Origin: Terriglobales bacterium
GTDB taxonomy: Bacteria; Acidobacteriota; Terriglobia; Terriglobales; Acidobacteriaceae
Direction: 5' to 3'
Assembly: GCA_035308585.1 (NCBI GenBank)
Contig: DATGGJ010000099.1
Coordinates: 1-39,410 of the forward strand
Length of the DNA: 39,410 bases
Below are positions 27,313 through 35,837 of this stretch, piece after piece (position 1 is the first letter of the stretch; each line of letters opens with the position of its first letter). The position numbers and the translations under genes are program-made. The notes below the pieces were generated by a model. It made no database searches. It saw nothing but the letters and a program-made list of their open reading frames with translations, and was not told where the DNA came from.

Positions 27313-30288
27313 ATGACAGCCCCGCGGCGCTTACGTCATGTGCTCGTCCTCTGTTCCGTTCTGCTGTTTTTGACGGCTGTGCCCGCCAGCCTGCTCGGCC
27401 AGGCTTCCTTGGGCAGCGGCCGCCTGGAAGGGAACGTCGTGGACGCCACTGGGGCGTTTGTCCCCGGCGCTGCGGTTACGGCGCGCAATGTTCGCACCGG
27501 GATTGCCACGACCGCATCCTCGGACGCGAACGGGCATTTCGTTTTCCTGTCGCTGGAACCGGGCAGTTACTCGATCGAAGTTTCCAAGCAGGGCTTCGAG
27601 AACGTCGTTCTGAATGACGTGACGGTGAACGTAGGTACCACCACCACGCTGCAGCCCAAGCTGGCGGTGGGAAATGTGCGCCAAACCGTGACTGTAACTG
27701 CCGCCTTGCCGTTGGTGGACACGAAACAATCCGCATTGAGCACAGTAGTAGACGAAAACAGCATCCGCTCGCTTCCTCTAAACGGGCGCAACTTTACGGA
27801 TTTCGCGCTGCTCACGCCGGGCGCAACCACCGACGGTGATTTTGGCATGGTCAGTTTCAACGGCATTGCCGGCAACTTCAACAACTACACGGTTGACGGC
27901 GTGAACGACAACAACGCGTTTTTTGAGCAGCAGATTGGGCGCACCAGCATTCCCTTTCAGTTCAGCGAAGACGTAATCCAGGAATTCCAGGTGACCAGCA
28001 CCGGGTTCGAGGCTGAGTTCGGGCAGGCGGGCGGCGGGTTGGTCAACACCGTCACCAAGAGCGGCGGCAACGATGTACATGGCGACGCCTACTACTACAT
28101 TCTCGATTCGGCGTTCAACGCCAATGATTCCATCAACAACTCCTCCGGCATTGCCAAGCCCAGCAACCGGCGGCAGCAGTTTGGAGGCACCCTGGGAGGA
28201 CCCATCCGCAAGGACCACCTGTTTTATCTGGCCAATTACGAAGGCCAGGTCCGAAACGAGCCGCTCACGGTGAACAACGCACCCGCGCTGGTGGGGCTGC
28301 CGCCGAACTTCTTCACACAAAATCCGGCCCTGGCTACGGCCGTGGATAGTGCTTCCGGCTCGTTCCCGCGCAGTTTTAACCAGAACGCGGCGTTCTTCAA
28401 GGTCACGGGCATGCTGACCCCGAAAAATACCTTCAGCGCCACCTACAATTTTGAGCGGTTCCGCAGCCCGCATGGGTATTTCAACACGCCTACCTCTACG
28501 GGAGATGGACTGTCGCTGACCGACGGAAACAACAGCCATTTCGCGCAATTTTCGCTGGTTACTGCCATCAGTCCTACAACCTCGAACGAGCTGCGGCTGC
28601 ACTTCGGCAGCGACGCGCATTTCGATTTGCCCGCCACCCCGCCCGCCGGCCCCGCCGTTACCATTCAGAACCCCGACACCGGCTTCGTGTTTGGCGGAAA
28701 CCGCTTCCAGCTCTCGACTTCAGACCGCCGCTACGAAGTGACCGACAATCTGACCAAGGTGGTGGGACGGCACACCATCAAGACTGGTTTGGACATCAAC
28801 ATCAATCACGACCGCGATTACTTTGTGTACGGTCCCAAGGGCGAGTACCGCTTTGGCAGCCTGGCGGACGTGGCCAGCGGCGCCTTTGAGCTGTACCTGC
28901 AATCCTTCGGAGAAACGACGGCCAAGTTTACGTCCCCGACTTATTCACTGTTCGGCCAGGACCAGTTCCGGGCCACGCAGCGGCTCAGCTTTAACTTTGG
29001 CGCGCGCTACGATCTGCAGGTGCTGCCGCAGCCGCCGGTTTGCAACCCCGCATTCACCCTGACCTGCAAAATCAATTACGGCAAGCACAACATCGCGCCG
29101 CGCGCCGGCTTCGCTTACGCGCTCGGTTCGCGCAACGCTACCGTGGTGCGTGGTTCGTTTGGGCTGTTTTACATCCAGGAAGACCTGCTGGACGTTTCCG
29201 AGGCTACGCTGTCGAACGGCATTTCGCGGCAGTTTCTGGTGGGGACCGGGCCAGGGTTCGGCAACACCAGCCCCATCGTGAACTTTCCCAACAGCCTCAC
29301 CAGTTTTCCGGCGGGCGCCGGGGGGACGCCATCGCTGCTGATATTTGTGCCCAACTTCCGCAGCCCCTATGTGGAGCAGGCGAATTTCGCGGTGGAACAC
29401 CAGTTCGGCAGCCGCACCGCACTCAGCGTGGGCTACATTTACAGTCATGGGCTGGCTCTGCTGGGGAATTCCAATGGAGTAACCCGGCAGGCGAATGGCA
29501 ACTTTGGGCTCGACCTGAACCTGGTTCCTCCGGCGCTGCAGACGCTTCCGCAGTTTGGGGGCGCGTTTACCAATGACAACGTGACTCTGCCCAGCGGCGT
29601 TACCTATAACGTTCCCGATTTCGAAGCCATTGACGGCATCCTCAACCCGAATTTCAGCACCATCAACGCGGTGGACAACTCTGGAAAATCTAAGTACAAC
29701 GCGCTGCTGGTTTCCTTGCGCCACAGTTCCCGGCAATTTCAGACGGCTGTGGCATACACCTTCTCCAAGGCAATTGACCAGGGCACCGGCTACTTCAACC
29801 AGTTCGACCAGGCCGCGCAGCGCGGCCCCTCCCAACTCGACCAGCGCAACCGCCTGGTTCTGAGCGGCGCCTGGTCTCCCCAATTTCATGTTTTGCGCGA
29901 TTTCACCTTCGCGACGGTCGCGAATTTCGCCAGCGGGCGGCCCTACACCGCGGTATTCGATACTCCGCAGCTGAACTTCTCTATTGTTCCCGGTGAGGGA
30001 TACAACTCCTTCTACGGCCCGGGGGTCGAGGATATTGATTTCAGCGTGTCGCGAGCGGTCAAGATTAAAGAACGCATGAACCTCAAATTCAGCGCTGAAG
30101 CGTTCGACCTTTTCAACCACGCGAATTTCCAGCAGAACGCGGTGGACAACGTGCAGTACACGACCACGGAGATCGGCTCCAGCAACAACTGGACCGCCAG
30201 CCCGAATCCGCACTTTGGAGCCGGCCTGGCCATGGCGCCGCGCTACGGCTCACGGGCGTTTCAGTTCTCCACCCGTTTCAGCTTTTGA
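27313..30288 (+). CDS. TonB-dependent outer-membrane receptor with N-terminal carboxypeptidase-regulatory-like domain
   Basis: AAGGAG RBS and a signal peptide. GRLEGNVVDATGAFVPGAAVTARNVRTGIATTASSDANGHFVFLSLEPGSYSIEV is the CarboxypepD_reg fold. It also has plug-like IRSLPLNGRNFTDFALLTPG and a terminal aromatic residue (...RFSF). Confidence 0.88.
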   Translation: MTAPRRLRHVLVLCSVLLFLTAVPASLLGQASLGSGRLEGNVVDATGAFVPGAAVTARNVRTGIATTASSDANGHFVFLSLEPGSYSIEVSKQGFENVVLNDVTVNVGTTTTLQPKLAVGNVRQTVTVTAALPLVDTKQSALSTVVDENSIRSLPLNGRNFTDFALLTPGATTDGDFGMVSFNGIAGNFNNYTVDGVNDNNAFFEQQIGRTSIPFQFSEDVIQEFQVTSTGFEAEFGQAGGGLVNTVTKSGGNDVHGDAYYYILDSAFNANDSINNSSGIAKPSNRRQQFGGTLGGPIRKDHLFYLANYEGQVRNEPLTVNNAPALVGLPPNFFTQNPALATAVDSASGSFPRSFNQNAAFFKVTGMLTPKNTFSATYNFERFRSPHGYFNTPTSTGDGLSLTDGNNSHFAQFSLVTAISPTTSNELRLHFGSDAHFDLPATPPAGPAVTIQNPDTGFVFGGNRFQLSTSDRRYEVTDNLTKVVGRHTIKTGLDININHDRDYFVYGPKGEYRFGSLADVASGAFELYLQSFGETTAKFTSPTYSLFGQDQFRATQRLSFNFGARYDLQVLPQPPVCNPAFTLTCKINYGKHNIAPRAGFAYALGSRNATVVRGSFGLFYIQEDLLDVSEATLSNGISRQFLVGTGPGFGNTSPIVNFPNSLTSFPAGAGGTPSLLIFVPNFRSPYVEQANFAVEHQFGSRTALSVGYIYSHGLALLGNSNGVTRQANGNFGLDLNLVPPALQTLPQFGGAFTNDNVTLPSGVTYNVPDFEAIDGILNPNFSTINAVDNSGKSKYNALLVSLRHSSRQFQTAVAYTFSKAIDQGTGYFNQFDQAAQRGPSQLDQRNRLVLSGAWSPQFHVLRDFTFATVANFASGRPYTAVFDTPQLNFSIVPGEGYNSFYGPGVEDIDFSVSRAVKIKERMNLKFSAEAFDLFNHANFQQNAVDNVQYTTTEIGSSNNWTASPNPHFGAGLAMAPRYGSRAFQFSTRFSF

Positions 30289-30398
30289 GCCGATGCTGTG
30301 ACCTAGTGTGTTCGCCCAAGATCGCGGGCGGATATTCCCTACGGTAACTTCCCCGGCCGGGGGGCGGTTCGGGCATACTACAATGACTTAACCGACTC

Positions 30399-32282
30399 AT
30401 GGGGAAATCTCACCAGAAGACTATTTTTGCGGCGCTAGCGGCGCTGCTGCTCCTGGCCATTGTGGGCCTGATTCTGACCAGCGGCGGAAGCACGCCCGCG
30501 GTGGTGGCGAACCACAGGCGCACCCAGGCGGATGAGGCGCCGCTGGTGGACCAGGGTCCTTTGCGGACGGCGCGCAGCCTGGCCAGCACGGCGGCCACTC
30601 CAGCGGAGAGGGAACTGGCGCAGGAAGCCGCCCGGGTGGCCGACCACGAGGTGGACCTGGCCTTCGCCAGCGCTTTGCGGGAGGCGGCGCAGCATCCGGG
30701 CGCGGTGTCCCCGGAAGCCCGCCAGTTGCAAGCCCGGGTGAAGAAGCTGACGGCGAAGGTGGCGGCGGAACAAGACTGGGAAAACAAGCTGGGTCAGCTC
30801 GCGGCCAAGGCGCCGGACACGGAGAAGGCCCGACTCGAGCAGCAACAGCAGTTGGTGGCGGCGCAGCTGGAGCTGGACAAGGACGAACTGGGGGATGCGC
30901 AGAACGACCTGATGCGCGCCGGCGGCAATCCGGCGGGAAAAATTGAGCGCATGCGGGAGGAGCATGAAGACGCGACCCATGCGCCCGCCAATACGCCCTT
31001 GGCCAACAGCGTAGCTGCCAGTTCGGCATCGGCGGCCAACGCGGCAGCCGGCAGCACCGGCAGCCTTATAGACGAGGTGCAGGCGTGGAGTTCGGTTCGC
31101 GGCGCCCTGGGCCAAGTCAGGCAGGCACAACAGGAGGCCTCAAGCGCCGCGGCGGCGCTGGCCCGCGGCCACGAAGCTCTGGAGCAGGAGACGCAGCAGG
31201 AGCAGGCGCAAAGCAGCGCTTCCGCGGCAACGCCGCAGGCGGGGAGCGCCGTGCCCTCAGGCTTGAGTGCGGCCGGAACCGCGCCGGCGGCAGGTGCGGC
31301 AGAAACCGGCAACGCGGCTGGGCCCAGTCTCGCCACCTTAAAACACCTCGCCGGCGACCAGAAAACCCTGGCGGAGTACGACCAGCGCGTGCAGGACGAA
31401 CAGGAATTGGCGGATGTATACGGCTCCTGGGTGGCGGTGCTGCAGGCGCGCGAGCGGGCGGCGGCGCATGCCATGCTCCGATCCCTGACATGGATTTTGC
31501 TGGTGCTGCTGGCGGTGCTGGTTGGCGACCATCTGATTGACCGCTTCGTCAATAAGCTGGGAACGGACCGCAAGCGGTTTCTGGACCTGCGCGTGGTGCT
31601 CCGCTTCACCGCACAGGCGCTGGGGGTGCTGGCGGTGGTGTTCATCGTGTTCGGCAAGCCGGCGCAAATGCCCACGATTTTGGGCTTGGCGGGCGCCGGC
31701 CTGACGGTGGCGCTGAAGGACTTCATCGTCGGCTTCTTCGGCTGGTTCGTCCTCATGGGGCGCAACGGTATCCGGGTCGGGGATTGGGTGGAGATCGAAG
31801 GTGTGGGCGGTGAGGTAGTGGAGATTGGACTGCTGCGCACGGTTCTGTTGGAGACAGGGAACTGGACCGATGCCGGGCACCCTACCGGGCGCAAGGTGGC
31901 CTTCGTCAACAGCTTCGCCATCGAAGGCCATTACTTCAACTTCTCCACATCAGGACAGTGGCTGTGGGACGAGCTGCGGTTGTCCATTCCCGCCGACCGC
32001 GACCCCTATCCGTTCATCCAGGAAATACGGGAGATTGTGACCAAGGAGACAGAGGCCAGCTTCCGGGAGGCGAAAGACGAATGGCAGCGGGTGACGCGGC
32101 ACTATGGGGTGAAGTCATTTTCCGCCGAACCCGCCATTGACGTTCAGCCCACCGGCTCCGGCGTGCAAGTGGTGGTGCGCTACATCGCGCGGGCTCAGCA
32201 ACGGCACGAACTGCGGGCGCGGCTGAACCATGCCATCGTAGAGCTGCTGCACGGCAAACGGGCGGAGGCCAGCACGCGGTAA
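30399..32282 (+). CDS. Mechanosensitive ion channel (MscS family) with long N-terminal coiled-coil/Ala-Gln-rich region
   Basis: One N-terminal TM helix, about 330 aa of coiled-coil/low complexity, and then the MscS core GLAGAGLTVALKDFIVGFFGWFVLMGRNGIRVGDWVEIEGVGGEVVEIGLLRTVL. Confidence 0.85.
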   Translation: MGKSHQKTIFAALAALLLLAIVGLILTSGGSTPAVVANHRRTQADEAPLVDQGPLRTARSLASTAATPAERELAQEAARVADHEVDLAFASALREAAQHPGAVSPEARQLQARVKKLTAKVAAEQDWENKLGQLAAKAPDTEKARLEQQQQLVAAQLELDKDELGDAQNDLMRAGGNPAGKIERMREEHEDATHAPANTPLANSVAASSASAANAAAGSTGSLIDEVQAWSSVRGALGQVRQAQQEASSAAAALARGHEALEQETQQEQAQSSASAATPQAGSAVPSGLSAAGTAPAAGAAETGNAAGPSLATLKHLAGDQKTLAEYDQRVQDEQELADVYGSWVAVLQARERAAAHAMLRSLTWILLVLLAVLVGDHLIDRFVNKLGTDRKRFLDLRVVLRFTAQALGVLAVVFIVFGKPAQMPTILGLAGAGLTVALKDFIVGFFGWFVLMGRNGIRVGDWVEIEGVGGEVVEIGLLRTVLLETGNWTDAGHPTGRKVAFVNSFAIEGHYFNFSTSGQWLWDELRLSIPADRDPYPFIQEIREIVTKETEASFREAKDEWQRVTRHYGVKSFSAEPAIDVQPTGSGVQVVVRYIARAQQRHELRARLNHAIVELLHGKRAEASTR

Positions 32283-32472
32283 GGGGCGGCAATTCCCCGG
32301 TTCCCAGTTTGCAGCCCGCGATGTTTGAATACGCATGAACCGCGAAAGCTGAGAACTGATTCCGCTTCTTGCAAAAGCACGGCAGACGGGTGTATGCAGG
32401 ACGGTAGCAACGGCGGTCTGAGCCGCTGAATCCAAGCTGCGGTGAGAACCGCATGCGGGAGCCGACCAGCCC

Positions 32473-33198
32473 ATGAGCACTGCCGAACTGAAGAACCCCT
32501 CGCCCGATGAATCCTACGAACAGCTGCTGAATTCCAGTTTGCGCGGGTTTGACGCCGCGCGGGAAGCCGCGGAGGCGCTGGCCAAAGGGGTAGCCTCGCC
32601 CACCGGCGCCCTGGCCGAGAAGGTGCGCCAGTACGAAGAAGAACTGGACAAACTCGACCATGACATCAATGACGCAGTAACTGCCGCCATCAGCCAGGCG
32701 CCGGCGGAGCGCACGCGGGGGTTGCTGGCCTGCCTGAAATTCATTATCGAACTGGAGCGGATCGGAGACCTGCTGCTGAACGTCGCCAACCGTGCGGTGG
32801 CGGTGGGCTCGCGGCTGGAGGCACAGGAGGTGAAGGAACTCTCCACCATGGCCGGCATCCTGGCCCGCATGCTGGCGGAATCGCGGGAGGCGTTCGCGCG
32901 GCGGGATGTGAAGCGGGCGGTGGACGTGCTCAAGGCGGACGCGGAAATGGACCGCTTGCGCAACCTGGTTTTTGTGCGCCATATCGAGAATCCGGAGCAC
33001 CAGTTGCACCGCGAGAGCTTTCACGTGGTGTTCATGATCCAGAGCCTGGAACGGGCGGGGGACCACGCCAAGAACCTGGCCGAGGAAGTGGTTCACCTGG
33101 TGAGCGGGCGCAGCGTGCGCCACGTTTTGCGGCAATACGACAAGCCCGACGAAGTGGTATTTGTGGAACGTATGCGGCGGCAGGCGGGGAAGAGGTAA
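32473..33198 (+). CDS. PhoU-family phosphate-signalling regulator
   Basis: Two PhoU repeats carry ELERIGDLLLNVA and SLERAGDHAKNLAEEV. No pstSCAB genes are adjacent. Confidence 0.82.
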   Translation: MSTAELKNPSPDESYEQLLNSSLRGFDAAREAAEALAKGVASPTGALAEKVRQYEEELDKLDHDINDAVTAAISQAPAERTRGLLACLKFIIELERIGDLLLNVANRAVAVGSRLEAQEVKELSTMAGILARMLAESREAFARRDVKRAVDVLKADAEMDRLRNLVFVRHIENPEHQLHRESFHVVFMIQSLERAGDHAKNLAEEVVHLVSGRSVRHVLRQYDKPDEVVFVERMRRQAGKR

Positions 33199-33378
33199 GC
33201 GGTCCAGGGCCGGAATGGGAAATCCACAATTTTTATTTTGCAGGCGGCCGGCATTCTGCAACCGGGTGCTATGGGACGGCGTCTAATTCGCCGAATGAGG
33301 GTCGAAGCGGCTACCGCAGGAACCTGGCAAGCGCATAAACCGCGGCGTGTTGGCTTGCGGCCGACCGGGGTGAAAGAA

Positions 33379-33747
33379 ATGGACCGGGTCAGACTGGCAA
33401 ACTTCAGAAGCATGTTGCAGACGCGACAACAAGAACTGTCGCGCATTGTGAATGTCAGCCAGGAACATGGGCGTTCGGTGGTGGAGGATTACCCGCAGGA
33501 CGCCGCTGAGCGGGCCAGCATTTTTGTCAGCAAGGAGTTCTTTTTTGCCCACAGCACGCAGGAGCGGCGCCTGCTGCAGATGGTGACGGATGCGCTGGAA
33601 AGGATTGAAGACGGAACGTACGGGCAATGCCTGGCTTGCGAGGAAAAAATCAATGACAAACGCCTGGAGGCTGTGCCCTGGGCGCGCTTCTGCCTGCAAT
33701 GCCAGGAGCGCATGGAGCAACTTATGGCGGAGCGACGCGCGGCTTAA
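33379..33747 (+). CDS. TraR/DksA-family C4 zinc-finger protein
   Basis: The start is ATG 33379 (MDRVRLANF). The C-terminal DGTYGQCLACEEKINDKRLEAVPWARFCLQCQE is the DksA/TraR CxxC-x17-CxxC finger. Confidence 0.85.
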   Translation: MDRVRLANFRSMLQTRQQELSRIVNVSQEHGRSVVEDYPQDAAERASIFVSKEFFFAHSTQERRLLQMVTDALERIEDGTYGQCLACEEKINDKRLEAVPWARFCLQCQERMEQLMAERRAA

Positions 33748-33960
33748 TCCCGAAAGCCTTTTCACAACAGTCCTGAAGTATCCACCCGGTTGTAAATAAA
33801 TCTTACAGTCCACATATTTTTTATTTTCGCAATGCCCCATTAGCGCGAAAGCAAGGGATAGGTATATACTTTCCCAACTTGCAGCTTGGGGCTGTCTCAA
33901 CAATCACAAAGACGGAACAACGGCACAATGGCAAATCGAACGAAAAGGAAGAGTGCTGAT

Positions 33961-34173
33961 ATGGGCTTGAGACAAAAATTTGCTCGGCACCTGCGTAAAC
34001 AACGAGAACAGCGTGAATGGTCGCTGCGGCAAATGGCGCAGCAGAGTGGGATTTCTTTGACCCGGCTATGGAATTACGAACAAGGCAATCATAGTCCCAA
34101 CCTGACCGCCTTGTCGAAAATGGCCCGGGCCTTTGATACCCCCTTGTGGAAGTTCATCAAGGCGCTGAGCTAG
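33961..34173 (+). CDS. XRE-family helix-turn-helix transcriptional regulator (about 70 aa)
   Basis: AAGGAAG lies 10 nt upstream of ATG 33961, with ATG 33928 as an alternative. LRKQREQREWSLRQMAQQSGISLTRLWNYEQGNHSPNLTALSKMARAF is a canonical HTH_XRE. The gene and its upstream region have visibly lower GC. Confidence 0.75.
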   Translation: MGLRQKFARHLRKQREQREWSLRQMAQQSGISLTRLWNYEQGNHSPNLTALSKMARAFDTPLWKFIKALS

Positions 34174-34251
34174 CCAATACGGCCCGAAAAGGCACCGGCA
34201 GCTGACCGAGAAGGTTTCCCGCGACTATGATGTCGCGAAGGAGGCCGAGGT

Positions 34252-34737
34252 ATGCTCGAACTGCAAAGTGTGCGCATGGCGTTCCCGGCAGACGCCAACA
34301 TCATCGTCGGCCAATCGCACTTCATCAAGACGGTGGAAGACTTGTATGAGGCGGTGGTCACGACGGTGCCGCAAGCCAGGTTCGGCTTGGCCTTCAACGA
34401 AAGCTCCGGACCCTGCCTCATACGGTCGGACGGCAACGACGAAGAACTGAGGAGCGCGGCGGTGCAGAACGCCCGGGCGCTGGGGGCGGGGCACGTCTTC
34501 GTGCTGCTGTTGCGCAATGCCTATCCCATCAACCTGCTGGCGGCGGTGCGCAACACGTCGGAGGTGTGCTCGATTTTCTGCGCCACGGCCAATCCAGTGG
34601 AGGTGATCGTGGCGCGCAGCGAGCAGGGCGGAGGCGTGCTGGGAGTGATTGACGGAAACGCGCCCCAAGGTGTGGAAGGTCCGGCGGAGGTTACGGCCCG
34701 GCACGAATTCCTGCGCAAGATTGGTTACAAGAAGTAG
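34252..34737 (+). CDS. PF04008-like 'adenosine-specific kinase' family protein
   Basis: GGAGG RBS. IIVGQSHFIKTVEDLYEA...FGLAFNESSGPCLIRSDGNDEEL...GAGHVFVLLLRNAYPINLLAAVRN..EVCSIFCATANPVEVIVA...GVLGVIDG...RKIGYK matches my recollection of the PAE2307-like family. Confidence 0.78.
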   Translation: MLELQSVRMAFPADANIIVGQSHFIKTVEDLYEAVVTTVPQARFGLAFNESSGPCLIRSDGNDEELRSAAVQNARALGAGHVFVLLLRNAYPINLLAAVRNTSEVCSIFCATANPVEVIVARSEQGGGVLGVIDGNAPQGVEGPAEVTARHEFLRKIGYKK

Positions 34738-34778
34738 AAAGAAGTCAGGGGTCAGCAGTCAGCAGGAGCAGAGGAGTG
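34735..34778. repeat. GTCAG(G/C)AG-type short repeat immediately after stop codon
   Basis: agaaagaagtcaggggtcagcagtcagcaggagcagaggagtgg. Related strings occur at 1337-1367 and 19431-19452, each directly downstream of a + strand stop codon. Confidence 0.4.
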
Positions 34779-35185
34779 GCTGCACCGGCGAAATTTTCAT
34801 CGCAGAAAAAACCAGCTTCGGAAGTGGCGGGGAAAAGGGCGGGAAAAATTAAAAGGGCCGTGACATTGGTTATGCTCTAGCCGCCAGCTCCTGCGAGGGA
34901 GCCAACAGCGTGGAAACATGCACCGTCACAGCCCCTGATGCGACCACTGCTTTCGCAGTTCCAAGCCCCAGCGGCTTCTCGCAAAGTCTGCCGGTTTTTT
35001 CGGGCCTGGTTGCTCAGCGGCTTGCGCCGCCCAGCTGATCACCCAGCCTACTTCGGACTGGCCATATTGTGTACGCCAACCCTTTCAGCCGTCGACGGGA
35101 GCTAAGGTACAAGCGCTGCCAAATGGAGTCAATGCCCGTTTTTTGTGCAACTGTGGAAGAATTTGTGGAAATTGCGGCGAAAATT

Positions 35186-35221
35186 GCAAAAAACGCGGCT
35201 GCGCCAACCTGCACGCGCAGC
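35186..35221 (-). terminator. Putative rho-independent terminator downstream of the XRE-like gene
   Basis: On the minus strand, GCTGCGC-N10-GCGCAGC is followed by CGCGTTTTTTGC, about 45 nt after the stop at 35266. Confidence 0.5.
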
Positions 35222-35265
35222 AAAATCGCGGCTCCGGCGGGAGCTACCCGGGAAGAATGCCGCCC

Positions 35266-35715
35266 TCATCGGCGGGAGCGGCGGGTGGCCGGTTCAGGCA
35301 ACGTGGTGCCGCGGGCCGGCTTGCGGGCAACCCGATTGGCTTCCGCCACGCTGCGAATCTCGATGCGGAAAAAATCCTTCTGTTCCCGCGTGAGCATGTC
35401 CCACCAGGGAGCCAGCAGCGAAAGCTCGGGGTGGTGGCCGGCGAGAGCGTGGGGAATGCCGCCATATTTTTTTTCGATGCGGTCGGCGACCGCCAGGCTC
35501 TCCATCTCTTCCGCTGGCAACTGCAGGGCCCGGCAGACTTCCTGCAGGGACAAGCGGGAAGGGTGAGCTTCGCCTTTGGCCAGCTTGCGGATGTGCTCGT
35601 AGGTCAGGCCGGTGCGCTGGGCGAGCTGCCGGATGGTGAAATCAAGCTGGTTCATGCGCTCAACCAGAGCGCGAGCCAGACGTCCTTGCGGGTTGAGGTC
35701 CACAGCGAGCGGCAT
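35266..35715 (-). CDS. HTH (XRE-like) domain protein with uncharacterised C-terminal half
   Basis: LARALVERMNQLDFTIRQLAQRTGLTYEHIRKLAKGEAHPSRLSLQEVCRAL is an HTH_XRE-like region. ATG 35715 is preferred (AGGAAC upstream), with 35736 or 35784 as alternatives. The Arg-rich C-terminal tail is less convincing. Confidence 0.6.
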   Translation of the reverse strand: MPLAVDLNPQGRLARALVERMNQLDFTIRQLAQRTGLTYEHIRKLAKGEAHPSRLSLQEVCRALQLPAEEMESLAVADRIEKKYGGIPHALAGHHPELSLLAPWWDMLTREQKDFFRIEIRSVAEANRVARKPARGTTLPEPATRRSRR

Positions 35716-35806
35716 TTTTTGTTCCTGGCCTGCCATCCTGGGCAGGTGGGAGAGAATCCTAAATTTTTTGCGGCCCTGGTGCAAGAAGATAAACAGGTAC
35801 TATGGG

Positions 35807-35825
35807 TACACATAATTTTTGTGTA
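35807..35825. promoter_or_regulatory. Inverted repeat TACACA-N7-TGTGTA overlapping a TATACT -10-like box in the divergent XRE-like/RNase H spacer
   Basis: A 6-bp perfect inverted repeat was read directly. TATACT (35824-35829) ends 8 nt before the RNase H ATG. Confidence 0.35.
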
Positions 35826-35837
35826 TACTCCGGTATT

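Noticed and set aside
35014-35566. ORFs 35014..35223 (minus) and 35069..35566 / 35143..35913 (plus) as genes filling the long gap
   Set aside because: They have no RBS and no recognisable motifs. The plus-strand ORFs are antisense to the XRE-like gene, and the minus-strand ORF spans the putative terminator.
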